In this document: positions 28,559-38,589 of the stretch, one piece after another
Numbering within the stretch: position 1 is the stretch's first letter
Layout: each line of letters begins with the position of its first letter
From: Patescibacteria group bacterium
GTDB taxonomy: Bacteria > Patescibacteriota > Patescibacteriia > Magasanikbacterales > GWA2-37-8
Direction: 5' to 3'
Assembly (NCBI GenBank): GCA_041661385.1
Contig: JBAZUP010000001.1
Coordinates: forward strand, 640,907 to 704,906
Length of the DNA stretch: 64,000 nucleotides
Position numbers and translations under genes: made by a program
Notes under the pieces: generated by a model
Seen by the model: the letters and a program-made list of their open reading frames with translations, nothing else
Told to the model about the DNA's origin: nothing
The model's database searches: none

Positions 28559-29593
28559 TTACCAGTCTAATGTACCACCGACTTTGTATTCTGTAACTCT
28601 AGTCTCGAAGAAGTTCTTTTCTTTATTTAAATCAATCGCTTCCGACATCCAGGGGAATGGATTTGGGGTATTATACTGAAGTGGAAGATTAACGCGCGCC
28701 AGTCGTCGGTCGGCAATATATTCGATATATTTTTGAAAACCTTCCGCATTCATACCAAAGATACCTTTTGGAAACACCTCAACCGCGAATTTTACTTCTA
28801 AATCAACTGCTTGTTTTACGAGTTTTATTACTCTTTCTTCAAACTCTTTAGTCCATAGCTCCGGCTGTTCTTCTCTAATGCCGTTAATAATATTAATGCC
28901 AAAATTAAGGTGTTGAGATTCGTCGCGCATTATATATTGGATCTGTTCAGCTGCGCCAATCATTTTATTTTGTCTTTGGAATCCGAACATTACCGCAAAA
29001 GAACTGTAAAAAAAGATTCCTTCTAGAATTAATGAAAAAACAACCATGTTTTCTAGAAACTTCTGATCACTTTCAAAAGTGCCGGTCTTAAAATTCGAAT
29101 CAAAAATTCCTTCATTAAAACTTAAGATGAAAGCATCCTTATTATAAATTGCATCAACCTCACGGTACATGTTAAATATTTCACTTCCATCTAAGCCGAG
29201 GCTTTCTACGATATATTGGTAAGAGTGGGTATGAATCGCTTCTTCGTAGGCTTGGCGAAGTAGATACATTCGACACTCTGGCGAAGTGATATGTCGATAC
29301 ATCGCAAGCACGACATTGTTCGCGGCAATCGAGTCGGCAGTCGTGAAGAACCCTAGAACTGTTTTAAAGGCCTTGCGCTCGTCTTCGGTGAGCGCTGTGG
29401 GTGATTTCCACTGTTCGATATCTTTTTGCATGCTAACCTCGGTAGGGAGCCAGTGGTTGGCATTGCCGGTGTTGTATGCCTCCCATGCAAAGGTGTGTCG
29501 CATTGGGTATAGCTGAATTACATCGGCATTCACGCCATTAATAATTCGGCGTTGGTTGATATCTACTTTTTCTGTGGTTTTTGTAATAGGCAT
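28559..29593 (-). CDS. nrdB: ribonucleoside-diphosphate reductase beta subunit (class I R2)
   Basis: diiron ligand motifs (EAIHTHSY, EGIFF, DESQHL) and C-terminal tail. Confidence 0.9.
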   Translation of the reverse strand: MPITKTTEKVDINQRRIINGVNADVIQLYPMRHTFAWEAYNTGNANHWLPTEVSMQKDIEQWKSPTALTEDERKAFKTVLGFFTTADSIAANNVVLAMYRHITSPECRMYLLRQAYEEAIHTHSYQYIVESLGLDGSEIFNMYREVDAIYNKDAFILSFNEGIFDSNFKTGTFESDQKFLENMVVFSLILEGIFFYSSFAVMFGFQRQNKMIGAAEQIQYIMRDESQHLNFGINIINGIREEQPELWTKEFEERVIKLVKQAVDLEVKFAVEVFPKGIFGMNAEGFQKYIEYIADRRLARVNLPLQYNTPNPFPWMSEAIDLNKEKNFFETRVTEYKVGGTLDW

Positions 29594-29598
29594 ATATA

Positions 29599-32448
29599 TT
29601 ATGATTGACAGGATTCACAAGTTGGATCGTCGATGGCGCAGGCTTTGCCAACAACTATTGCGGGAGCGGTGTTTTCAGGAATGGTCATGGTCGGGGCGGT
29701 AGTCGGAAATGAAGAGTTTTGAATTGGTTGTGATACAGGAGTGACAAAAGAAGGGCTAGATTTGCGATTATGAGTCGAACCAAAGTCGGTAGTATTTACA
29801 GTAGACTTCTCGACTTGGGACATGGCCAAAGTCCGAAGATAATAGGTTGTTTTAAGACCCATTTCCCAGGCATAAACATAAATCTCGCTTAGATCTTTTC
29901 CAGAAGTGCCGTTAAAATAAATATTCAGAGATTGGCTTTGGTCAACCCATTTGCCGCGGTAAGCGGCTGACTTGATTAACCAGCGCGGATTTATTTCAAA
30001 AGTTTCTTTGTATTTACGACGGATAGTTTCCGGAATTTCATTTATTTCCGCGACACTGCCGCCGTGGTATTTAATTTTTCCAAGCATTTCAAAATCCCAA
30101 AGATTAAGTTTTTTTAGATCTTCGACCAAATAAGGATTGATGACGATGAAATCTCCGGCCTGGTTGGCTTTGACATAAAGATTTTTATACATTGGTTCAA
30201 TAGTTGGAATACAGCCGACAATGTTCGCGGTTGTAGCGGTCGGGGCAATCGCGAGACAGTTTGAATTTCTCATGCCGTGTTCGCGGACCGACGCTTTTAC
30301 GATGTCCCAGTTTAATTTTCCGCCTCTTTGCACATCAATTTTTTGTCCGCGCTCTTGTTCTAGTAAATCAAGCGTATCGACCGGAAATATTCCCCGGTCC
30401 CACTTTGATCCGCGAAAGGTTTCGTAAGCCCCGCGCTCCGCGGCAAGTTGAGACGAACCGAGAATTGCATAGTATGAAACAACCTCCATGCTGTAATCGG
30501 CAAACTCTACGCACTCATCAGAATCAAAATTTATATTAAGTCCGTACAGGGCATCTTGAAACCCGCGAATGCCGAGACCGACCGGTCGATGGCGCAAGTT
30601 GGAATTTTTGGCGTCTGTTGTCGGGTAATAATTAATATCAATAATATTATCAAGCATTCTCATCGCAGTTGTTACAACTTCTTTTACAAGCGGTTCATTA
30701 AATTTGTTATTACTGACAAATTTTGCAAAATTTAGCGAGCCAAGATTGCAAACGGCGGTTTCGGTTTCGGAGGTGTTGAGGGTTATTTCAGTACAAAGGT
30801 TGGAGTTATGAACAACACCGACATGATCCTGGGGGGAGCGGATATTGGAAGGATCTTTAAATGTAATCCAAGGGTGGCCGGTTTCAAACAACATGGCGAG
30901 CATTTTTTTCCAAAGATCGCGCGCTTGTATTTTTTTGAATAAAGTTATTTTGCCTTCATCAACCATTTTCTCGTAGCGAGCATATCTTTCTTCAAAACGC
31001 TTGCCATAAATATGGTGCAAATCCGGAGTTTCTTCCGGAGAAAACAAAGTCCACGGACCGTCTTCTTTAACGCGTTTCATAAACAAATCCGGAATCCAAT
31101 TCGCTGTATCCATATCATGAGTACGGCGCCTTTCGTCACCGGTATTTTTTCGTAACTCTAAAAAGGCTTCAACATCATAATGCCAGGCCTCTAAATAGAC
31201 GCAGGCGGCGCCGCGGCGGCGGCCGCTGCGATTGATTGCGACTGTTACATCATTCGCAATTTTAAGAAAGGGAATTACTCCTTGTGATTCTACCCCGGTA
31301 CCCTCAATAAATGCGCCAGTACCGCGGATGTTGGTCCAATCGGTGCCAATACCGCCAGACCATTTGGAAAGCTGGGCGTTGTCAGAATAGGTTTTAAAAA
31401 TATTATCAAGCGAGTCAGAAGCTGTGTTTAGGTAGCAAGAAGACAGCTGTGGCTTAAGAGTGCCGGCATGGAAAAGAGTCGGAGTAGACGGAGTGTAATA
31501 AAGCTTAGACATTATTTCGTAAAATTTTATGGTGTGTTCAAGTTTGTTTTTTTCGTTTACCGCCGCACCCATGGCAATACGCATCCAAAATGCCTGAGGA
31601 GTTTCAAGGGTTTGTTTGGTTTCATGGTCGGCGACAAAATATCGATCGGTAAGAGTTTGCAGGCCCATGTAAATAAACAGATCGTCGCGATCGATTACTA
31701 AAGCCCGGCTTAGCGCTTCAAGATCAAAGGCAAGGAGACGTGGATCAAGCCGGCCAATTTCAACGCCCTTTTTGAGGTTGTTAATAAAAGCGCTGCGGTA
31801 TTGTTTGTCGAGTTGATTAAAATCAATATTGTCTGCTCCGATTACTTCTTTATAGTTGGTAAACAATAAAAGACGAGCGGCGATGGTTGCATAGGCCGGA
31901 TCTTGTTCGATCATTGCGCGCACGGTCATAATTAAAGCGCGCTCAACATCCTTGGTTGTTATTCCTTCGTAAAGCTCAGAGCGACACTGGTTAATAATAT
32001 TTCCAGCGTCAACAATCGACTCAAACCCTTTGATCGCAAAACCAAGCGAGCGGCGAAGTTTAGCGTCAGAAAACACTTCGGTTTTTCCGGAACGCTTGGT
32101 GACAGTAAGAGTATGTTTTTCTATTTTTTCAAGAAGAATTTTTTTATTTTCTTCGCGCTCTTTGGCGTGTTCATAACGATAAAGAATGTAAGCTTTCGCG
32201 ACGTCGTAAAATCCTAATTCCATAAGCTCACGTTCTACTAAGTCTTGAACATTTTCCACTGTCGGATTGCCGGAATGAAAAAGTGTTTCGATTTGCGCGA
32301 CCACGCGTTCGGTCAAAGCTTCGAGCTTGTTTTGTTCGTAGCTGCCGCGAACTGCGGTGAAAGCTTTTTGAACGGCCAGAATAATTTTTGCCGAATCAAA
32401 CGCCACGATTGAGCCGTTGCGTTTTTTTATTTTTATTTGTTGGGACAT
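29599..32448 (-). CDS. nrdA: ribonucleoside-diphosphate reductase alpha subunit (class I), ATP-cone, long low-complexity C-terminal tail ending in CxxC
   Basis: 949 aa; N-terminal ATP-cone (VIKRNGSIVAFD), catalytic NLCTEI, PTATTANI, C-terminal CESCQS. Confidence 0.9.
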   Translation of the reverse strand: MSQQIKIKKRNGSIVAFDSAKIILAVQKAFTAVRGSYEQNKLEALTERVVAQIETLFHSGNPTVENVQDLVERELMELGFYDVAKAYILYRYEHAKEREENKKILLEKIEKHTLTVTKRSGKTEVFSDAKLRRSLGFAIKGFESIVDAGNIINQCRSELYEGITTKDVERALIMTVRAMIEQDPAYATIAARLLLFTNYKEVIGADNIDFNQLDKQYRSAFINNLKKGVEIGRLDPRLLAFDLEALSRALVIDRDDLFIYMGLQTLTDRYFVADHETKQTLETPQAFWMRIAMGAAVNEKNKLEHTIKFYEIMSKLYYTPSTPTLFHAGTLKPQLSSCYLNTASDSLDNIFKTYSDNAQLSKWSGGIGTDWTNIRGTGAFIEGTGVESQGVIPFLKIANDVTVAINRSGRRRGAACVYLEAWHYDVEAFLELRKNTGDERRRTHDMDTANWIPDLFMKRVKEDGPWTLFSPEETPDLHHIYGKRFEERYARYEKMVDEGKITLFKKIQARDLWKKMLAMLFETGHPWITFKDPSNIRSPQDHVGVVHNSNLCTEITLNTSETETAVCNLGSLNFAKFVSNNKFNEPLVKEVVTTAMRMLDNIIDINYYPTTDAKNSNLRHRPVGLGIRGFQDALYGLNINFDSDECVEFADYSMEVVSYYAILGSSQLAAERGAYETFRGSKWDRGIFPVDTLDLLEQERGQKIDVQRGGKLNWDIVKASVREHGMRNSNCLAIAPTATTANIVGCIPTIEPMYKNLYVKANQAGDFIVINPYLVEDLKKLNLWDFEMLGKIKYHGGSVAEINEIPETIRRKYKETFEINPRWLIKSAAYRGKWVDQSQSLNIYFNGTSGKDLSEIYVYAWEMGLKTTYYLRTLAMSQVEKSTVNTTDFGSTHNRKSSPSFVTPVSQPIQNSSFPTTAPTMTIPENTAPAIVVGKACAIDDPTCESCQS

Positions 32449-32598
32449 AGTATTAAATTATTTTTTAGAGATTATAATACTATATCACAGTTTGAATACT
32501 AGCAGTAGTGTTATACCTGTGGATAAACCACTAAATATTATTTATTTTGGCTAAGAATAAGGTGGTAAATAAAAAAACGGCGGTTTGCCGTTTTAATA

Positions 32599-32735
32599 TT
32601 GTGGACCATGTGGAAGCGAACTCGTACTGCTTTGGCAGTACTCTTTGGAAAACCTTCGGGTTTTCCAATACCTTTCCTCGGCAAGTAGGAAAATTCTTTT
32701 CCTACCACCTTTGGTTCGCTTCCGATTGTTAATTG
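32599..32735 (-). repeat. tRNA-3'-associated structured element, copy 4 (downstream of tRNA-Ala-TGC)
   Basis: read on minus: cggaagcgaacc (inverted) ... gtaggaaaagaattttcctac hairpin ... TGCCGAGGAAAGG ... GGAAAACCCGAAGGTTTTCC (32647-32666) ... gagttcgcttccacatggtccacaa (direct copy of tRNA-Ala 3' end ggttcgattccgacatggtccacaa). Confidence 0.6.
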
Positions 32736-32809
32736 TGGACCATGTCGGAATCGAACCGACGGCCTCCGCGTTGCAAACGCGGCGCTCTAGCCAGCTGAGC
32801 TAATGGCCC
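32736..32809 (-). tRNA. tRNA-Ala (anticodon TGC)
   Basis: GGGCCAT...ATGGTCC acceptor with G3:U70, anticodon loop TTTGCAA. Confidence 0.9.
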
Positions 32810-32849
32810 ATATAGGCGATAAATATACTATTTATTCACAAAACAGTCA

Positions 32850-33320
32850 ATGCATGATATAATTCACCTCGATATTAACCATATATTTATGGAACAATCT
32901 GTTTTAACTCAGTTAATTTTCAGCGGCCAAATTCTCCTTTCAATTGGACTTGGTGCGATTCTTGGTTGGCAAAGGGCGCGTTGGGGAAAGTCAGCCGGAC
33001 CACGTACTTATGCCTTAGTAACGGCCGGATCAACGCTTTTTACGCTGCTTTCGAGGTTTGGCTATGATGCTACCATGACCAGTTCCGCAAATATAGCCGG
33101 TCAAATTGTCACCGGTATTGGCTTTCTTGGGGTCGGTCTTATTTTTCACCGCGAGAATCATGTGGATGGTTTAACGACCGCCGCGGGTCTCTGGGCATCG
33201 GCAGCGATTGGTATGTCGGTAGGTCTTTCGTTTTATATTCTCGCAATATTAACGACGACGATATTTTTCTTTGTACTCATGATGGATGAAAAAAAATTAA
33301 GCATTATAAAATCGGAGTAA
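32850..33320 (+). CDS. MgtC/SapB-family membrane protein
   Basis: 156 aa, four TM helices, GQIVTGIGFLGVGLIF...GLTTAAGLWASAAIGM pattern typical of MgtC family. Confidence 0.65.
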   Translation: MHDIIHLDINHIFMEQSVLTQLIFSGQILLSIGLGAILGWQRARWGKSAGPRTYALVTAGSTLFTLLSRFGYDATMTSSANIAGQIVTGIGFLGVGLIFHRENHVDGLTTAAGLWASAAIGMSVGLSFYILAILTTTIFFFVLMMDEKKLSIIKSE

Positions 33321-33414
33321 AGAAATAATTTTAAAAGCAAATATAAAACCGACTACTTCAAAGGGTCGGTTTTATAATGACTGTAATTTGAATATTATGA
33401 AAGATCCAAAGAGT

Positions 33415-33912
33415 TTATTTTAAATATATGTTGCCAAGAAAAAAAAGTAAGCCAGCATAAAGAAAATGAAGATGCAGACGCTTCAAAAGATTAAGGCAAT
33501 AAATAATGAACACAAACGGATAGCAAAGCAAAGCGAGCGGATTATGTCGAAGCTTTCTTGAGGCGATAGACGCGAGGGTGCTAGCGTCGCCGTTTGAAGG
33601 AATGGAATGAAGCGCCGAAACAAAACCCAGCCAGGCTAAAATAAAATTTTGCCAAATATAATATGGCGAAGCAATCCTCGCAAACAAAATTAAACTGGCA
33701 AATGAATTAAAAGTTAACGGACCAAAAGATATTAAAACACTTTGAACAAGACTGGACGGCTCGGCATGTTCAACAAAGCCGGCAGTTTTTTTAAAACTAA
33801 AAAGTTTCACCCGAAACACTTTTACACCGGATACCAGGCAAAAAAATAAATGTCCAAGTTCATGAAGAATAACTCCAGGAGCGCCAAGTAGCTTTAAAAT
33901 ATTTTGTCTCAT
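33415..33912 (-). CDS. small polytopic membrane protein with HExxH motif (putative metalloprotease-like, DUF3267-like)
   Basis: 165 aa; HELGHLFF near N-terminus within TM context. Confidence 0.4.
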   Translation of the reverse strand: MRQNILKLLGAPGVILHELGHLFFCLVSGVKVFRVKLFSFKKTAGFVEHAEPSSLVQSVLISFGPLTFNSFASLILFARIASPYYIWQNFILAWLGFVSALHSIPSNGDASTLASIASRKLRHNPLALLCYPFVFIIYCLNLLKRLHLHFLYAGLLFFLGNIYLK

Positions 33913-35150
33913 GCTGCTTCTTTAACTTTAATAATGTAAGCAGTTAAAATCCAAAACATCATCGCAAGATCGTTTTTAAAATATGGAACATCGACCAAGC
34001 CGTGTACAATAATTACGGTAATAATCCCAAGGCAGGCCGCGGCCGCAACCAGTTGTTTTTTTTGCAAAATATATTGAGAAAAAGCAAGTAAATTAGCCAT
34101 AATAGCAGCGAAACCCAAAAGACCAATAAAGCCGATTTCAGTCCAAAAATTAAGAAAAATATTATGCGGATAAATCAAGCGTTCCATTTTTTCTGAATTA
34201 TAATAAGGCTTTTGAATCTTGCGAAAAAATTGCCTAAGCCCGGTGCCAAAAATATAATTTTTAGGAGAAGCGGTCAGGTAATCAAAGGAATAAGTCCAAA
34301 GAGTAATTCGGTTTTGAAAGGATTGAAATTTTTGATTGGAGACATTAACCATTCGATAAGAAATGATAGAGCTTAAGACCAGGGCAACAACAATTGCCGC
34401 GGCAAAATTTCGTTTGCCTATTATTATAAACATCACAACCAGCGCGAAGATAAGTCCGATTACAGTGCCAAGAGAGCGCGTAAAAACAACCGCCAAGGCG
34501 GAAGCCGTGATTAACCAGAACTCAGGAATTTTGACCAAGAATAAATAATTGTTTAAAAATTTATCTTTTTTATCATAAAGTTGCTTAGTAAGCAAAACCA
34601 TAAGTGGCGCCAAATATAAACCGACCGCATTAGGAGAGGTGAAAAAAGACACCGCCCGACCGCTGTCGTCTAAGCCAAAATCAAATAGTTTTTGAATAAT
34701 TGCGTAAAGGGCAACGCTCGCCGAAGACCAGCAAAGAGCGCGAAGCAAATCGTGGTAAGAAAGGTTATCATCTCGACCGATGAAAATAAAAAATAATATT
34801 ATGGGTTCTAAAAAGTAAGCTCGCCACTGACCAAATGAATACCACCACATGTCGCTGATAAAGATGCTAATAAGAGAAGAGACAAAAAACAACGCCAGTG
34901 AATAGGAAAAAATACGATGTTTTACAAGAAACATCCTAATATTTTTATAATCCGTTAAGGCATAACGAATTAACCAAACAAGCGTCAAAAAACCAAATGC
35001 GACCTCAAGCGCGGTAGAAGGCAGGGGCCCAATATTAATACGAATCAGATAGGTCGGAAGCAAGCAAATAAATATTTGTGCAGCCAGACGAAAGTTTTTA
35101 TAAGCGACAAACCCAAAAACCAAACCCAAAAATATTATTAAAAGTGACAT
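33909..35150 (-). CDS. O-antigen ligase/polymerase-like polytopic membrane protein
   Basis: 413 aa, ~10 TM helices with a larger loop in the C-terminal half, typical of Wzy_C/O-antigen ligase family; low sequence-level certainty. Confidence 0.45.
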   Translation of the reverse strand: MSLLIIFLGLVFGFVAYKNFRLAAQIFICLLPTYLIRINIGPLPSTALEVAFGFLTLVWLIRYALTDYKNIRMFLVKHRIFSYSLALFFVSSLISIFISDMWWYSFGQWRAYFLEPIILFFIFIGRDDNLSYHDLLRALCWSSASVALYAIIQKLFDFGLDDSGRAVSFFTSPNAVGLYLAPLMVLLTKQLYDKKDKFLNNYLFLVKIPEFWLITASALAVVFTRSLGTVIGLIFALVVMFIIIGKRNFAAAIVVALVLSSIISYRMVNVSNQKFQSFQNRITLWTYSFDYLTASPKNYIFGTGLRQFFRKIQKPYYNSEKMERLIYPHNIFLNFWTEIGFIGLLGFAAIMANLLAFSQYILQKKQLVAAAACLGIITVIIVHGLVDVPYFKNDLAMMFWILTAYIIKVKEAA

Positions 35151-35151
35151 A

Positions 35152-35754
35152 TTATTTTATGTTTGATTTTTTTGATAAAACGTAATAACCGGCAAGTATA
35201 ATGACTATTGCCGCTAAAGAAATTTTTTCATAACGCACAAACAGCTCAAGATAAAACCTCCAGCGGTGACTGACAAAGACGCCAATTGCTACATAAAAAA
35301 TCGCTGAAGCAACATTGCTAAAAATATCAATCGGAATAAAAACGCGCCGACGCATTTTTAATAAACCCGCGGCGAAGGGAAGTAGTGGTCGAAGCGGGCC
35401 GATAAAGCGATGAGCGACGACTCCGGCGACACCATATTTTTTAAAAAAAATTTCGGCACTTTTAAGACGATCCGGCTTTAAATATTTTTCAATAATCTTT
35501 AAAATTCTTTTTCCACCTCTGCCCAGATAAAAACTTAAGACATCTCCAGCAATGCCGCCGAGCGATAGAGTGAGTACGGAGAGCGCAAAGTTTAGTTGGC
35601 CACGTGAAACTAAATATCCAACGAAAACCATTAAAGTTGTGCCGGGAAATGCTAGGCCCACAACAACGAGTGATTCAATGAAGGCAAATAAAACAACCAC
35701 CGCGTAAACAATGGCTGATCCGTGAAGTGATTGAATGATAGCAAGTATATTCAT
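35152..35754 (-). CDS. DedA/VTT-domain membrane protein
   Basis: 200 aa; GLAFPGTTLMVFVGYLVSRG and later G-x-x-x-R-F-x-G region typical of DedA family. Confidence 0.7.
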   Translation of the reverse strand: MNILAIIQSLHGSAIVYAVVVLFAFIESLVVVGLAFPGTTLMVFVGYLVSRGQLNFALSVLTLSLGGIAGDVLSFYLGRGGKRILKIIEKYLKPDRLKSAEIFFKKYGVAGVVAHRFIGPLRPLLPFAAGLLKMRRRVFIPIDIFSNVASAIFYVAIGVFVSHRWRFYLELFVRYEKISLAAIVIILAGYYVLSKKSNIK

Positions 35755-35906
35755 AATAAATTTGGCTAACCTTAGCCAAAAAACAGTTCAATAAAACTTT
35801 TTATGCTTTCGCTATTATAATATAAAAATCATAAATATTCAATCTGAATATAATACTTTGATAAAAATTGAAGATGTGGTAAAGTAAACTTGTTATCATT
35901 TATACT

Positions 35907-36296
35907 ATGAAACAAACTAGCTTAAAAAAAGTTTTAATTATCGAGGATGATGTATCGCTTTTGAAAGTTCTTTCATCCGGTTTATCTAATCAGGAATTTG
36001 AAGTAATAACCGCGGTAGACGGTGAAGAAGGGCTTGCAGTAGCGCTTAGAGAAAAACCCAATTTAATCTTGCTTGATCTTTTCATGCCAAAAATGGATGG
36101 GATCACAATGTTAAAAAAATTACGCGAGGATGAGTGGGGAAAGAAAGTTAAAGTTATTATTTTAACTAACATTGAAGATCGGGAAAAACTTGCCGCTGCG
36201 GTGGAAAATCGGGTGTACGATTATATGATTAAAACAAATTGGAATATAAGCGATGTCTTAAAGAAAATCAGGATTGAACTTAAATATACAGAATAA
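35907..36296 (+). CDS. response regulator receiver-domain protein (stand-alone CheY-like)
   Basis: 129 aa; KVLIIEDD, conserved phospho-acceptor Asp (LILLDLFMP), T and K positions. Confidence 0.75.
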   Translation: MKQTSLKKVLIIEDDVSLLKVLSSGLSNQEFEVITAVDGEEGLAVALREKPNLILLDLFMPKMDGITMLKKLREDEWGKKVKVIILTNIEDREKLAAAVENRVYDYMIKTNWNISDVLKKIRIELKYTE

Positions 36297-36310
36297 ATAA
36301 ATTTAAATTA

Positions 36311-36343
36311 AAAAACCAGCCGACAGTTGTGGCTGGTTTTTTT
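36311..36343. terminator. bidirectional rho-independent terminator
   Basis: aaaaaccagcc-gacagttgt-ggctggttttttt. Confidence 0.7.
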
Positions 36344-36354
36344 GTAAAACAGAA

Positions 36355-36612
36355 TTATTTAGAAAGTTTCTTTACTTTGGCCATAAGACGGGAAAGCCGG
36401 CGGCTGGCGGTATTTTTCTTAATTACTCCGACCTTGGCGGCTTTATCAAGAGCCTTTTGAGCGGCGATAATTAATTTCTTAGCTTCCTCAGCAGATTTGG
36501 CCTTAATAACGTTTTTTACTGCAGCTTTGTAGGCATCGCGGCGGGCAGCATTTTGTATGGCGTGGGTTTTTGTTTGGCGCAGTGCTTTTTGCGCGCTGTG
36601 TTTATTTGGCAT
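36355..36612 (-). CDS. rpsT: 30S ribosomal protein S20
   Basis: MPNKHSAQKALRQTKTHAIQNAARR matches S20 N-terminus; 85 aa basic. Confidence 0.85.
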   Translation of the reverse strand: MPNKHSAQKALRQTKTHAIQNAARRDAYKAAVKNVIKAKSAEEAKKLIIAAQKALDKAAKVGVIKKNTASRRLSRLMAKVKKLSK

Positions 36613-36725
36613 AATTTGAAAATTTGTTAAAGGTTAGCCGTTTGCAAACGTTAGAGAGCATGTCTGCAATATACTTAAATTTAAATCTTGGCTTATTCTA
36701 TACTAAAAATTGATTTATGTCAAGA

Positions 36726-37040
36726 TTACTGAATATACTTTCGGCCACAAAAGGTTGTTTGTAGGGCAAGTATTAACGACTCAATTTCATTAAGATCGGT
36801 TGTTTTGTTATAACCACTCTCGATTTCGAGCTTTATTTTGTTAAGTTCAGATAAGCCGTTGTTTATTTTTTTACGTAGTTCTTGGTTTGAAGAAAAATGT
36901 TTCCAATCGTATTTATCTAGTAAATGACGCAGTTCTACAAGATTATTTTTATCGAAAACCCCATCAAACAGGCGATCGGCAAACTCTTTGCTTGGTCTGA
37001 TCTTTAGTTCGGGCTGAAATCCTTTTTCAACGTTATTCAT
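36726..37040 (-). CDS. hypothetical protein
   Basis: ORF-track ORF 36726-37103 overlaps rmuC 3' end; internal Met (MNNVEKG) at 37040 avoids overlap. Confidence 0.35.
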   Translation of the reverse strand: MNNVEKGFQPELKIRPSKEFADRLFDGVFDKNNLVELRHLLDKYDWKHFSSNQELRKKINNGLSELNKIKLEIESGYNKTTDLNEIESLILALQTTFCGRKYIQ

Positions 37041-37044
37041 ATAA

Positions 37045-38127
37045 TTATTCAATATCAATAACCGGACGATCGATTTGAAGGGTTTCAACCGATTTTTCGC
37101 CACCGGTAATTTTTACAACATCTTTGTCAATTTTAACAAACTCCTTGTAAGAGTCGTTAAAAGCATTAACAGTGGTATCAAGGTTTTTACCCATCTTTTT
37201 CATGTAAATTTCGTATGCTAGCAAGTGTTTGCCGAGTTGCTCCACGCCTTTTCTAATCTCCTGGGCGGTTTCCTCGATACGTAAAGCCTTAAGTCCTTGC
37301 AAAACCGTCTGTAAGTAAGCTAAAAACGAGGTTGGGGAAACAATAATAACGTGGTATTTGCCGGCAGCTCTTTGAATTAAGCTTTCCGTGTCGTCTTTTA
37401 AAGCGCCGATTTTATTTATAATAAGATCGTAGTATATTGCCTCGTGCGGAATAAACATAAAGGCAAAATCCATAGTATTTTGGTTGGGCTGGATATATTT
37501 TGATGTCTCAGTAATTCGTTGCTTTAAATCGTTCACAAATATTTTCTCTAGTTTTTCCTTTTCAACAGGATTTCTTTCCTCAATTATGCGATTATAGTTT
37601 TCAAGCGAAAACTTAGAATCTATTGGAATAATTTTATCTTTTACAAAAACCACAGCATCAACGATGGTTCCATCTGCCATTGGGTACTGCATTTGAAAGC
37701 TTCCCGGCGGAAGTACGTTTTTCAATAAAGTTTCTAAATAGTATTCGCCAAGTATGCCGCGTTGCTTAGGGTTTTTTAAAATATCTTGTAATGATTGAAG
37801 CTGGTCGGCAAAGGACATTACTTGCTTGTTCGTTTCATCAAGTTTGGTTAGACGTTCGGTCACATCGGTTATTACTTTCATGCTTTGACCAAATTGTGTT
37901 TGGACGGTTTTGTTTAAATTATTTTGAGTTTCACTCATTGCCTTGTGGGTGTCGGTCATTTTCTGGTCAACAAGCCGGGATAACTCTTGAATTTGCTGCT
38001 GCATAAGGACAAACAAATTACTGTCATTTTTTGGCTCAGCTCCGCCAAACTTACGCATAACAAAAAAAAGTATACCAACTATCGCGAGAAGAAGAAACAG
38101 GGTTATGATTGCAAGTAAATTTTCCAT
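37045..38127 (-). CDS. rmuC: DNA recombination protein RmuC
   Basis: N-terminal TM, long coiled coil, C-terminal RmuC nuclease-like domain (FAFMFIPHEAIYYDL...HVIIVSPTSFLAYLQTV). Confidence 0.75.
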   Translation of the reverse strand: MENLLAIITLFLLLAIVGILFFVMRKFGGAEPKNDSNLFVLMQQQIQELSRLVDQKMTDTHKAMSETQNNLNKTVQTQFGQSMKVITDVTERLTKLDETNKQVMSFADQLQSLQDILKNPKQRGILGEYYLETLLKNVLPPGSFQMQYPMADGTIVDAVVFVKDKIIPIDSKFSLENYNRIIEERNPVEKEKLEKIFVNDLKQRITETSKYIQPNQNTMDFAFMFIPHEAIYYDLIINKIGALKDDTESLIQRAAGKYHVIIVSPTSFLAYLQTVLQGLKALRIEETAQEIRKGVEQLGKHLLAYEIYMKKMGKNLDTTVNAFNDSYKEFVKIDKDVVKITGGEKSVETLQIDRPVIDIE

Positions 38128-38260
38128 AAGATAATAGTTTTAGTAAACGCATTGTAACACAGTGTAATGAAAATTTAAAGTATAATTTTTAACAATATTT
38201 CACCAAGCAACAGGGCTTGCCAAAGTGTGTTTATTTGAGTAAAATGTGCAGGCGTGACAT

Positions 38261-38332
38261 GCCCTCGTAGTTCAATGGATAGAACATTCCCGTCCTAAGG
38301 GACAGATGTGCGTTCGATTCGTGCCGGGGGCA
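38261..38332 (+). tRNA. tRNA-Arg (anticodon CCT)
   Basis: GCCCTCG...CGGGGGC acceptor, anticodon loop GTCCTAA, T-loop TTCGATT. Confidence 0.8.
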
Positions 38333-38482
38333 CTAAGTCTCAGTTACGTCCTATATTACTAAATATAGCGCGTCGCTCGCAAAATAGAAACAGGTTTCAT
38401 TTTATTACTCACTAGGGTTATATCGCCAAGATATAGACCCGTCGCTCGGATAAAATGAATAAATTCATTTTGATCCTCACAA

Positions 38483-38553
38483 GGGCCTATAGTACAGCGG
38501 TAGTACGGGGCATTCGCATTGCTCAGACTCGAGTTCGATTCTCGATAGGTCCA
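38483..38553 (+). tRNA. tRNA-Ala (anticodon CGC)
   Basis: GGGCCTA...TAGGTCC acceptor with G3:U70, anticodon loop TTCGCAT. Confidence 0.85.
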
Positions 38554-38562
38554 CAAATAGAT

Positions 38563-38587
38563 CAGCCGGTTCAACGGCTGGTTTTTT
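38563..38587 (+). terminator. rho-independent terminator after tRNA pair
   Basis: cagccg-gttcaa-cggctgg followed by tttttt. Confidence 0.7.
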
Positions 38588-38589
38588 AT

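Noticed and set aside
32547-32732. 61-aa ORF inside tRNA-trailer element copy 4
   Set aside because: Lies entirely within the structured repeat, which has the same architecture as the non-coding copies 1-3. No RBS.
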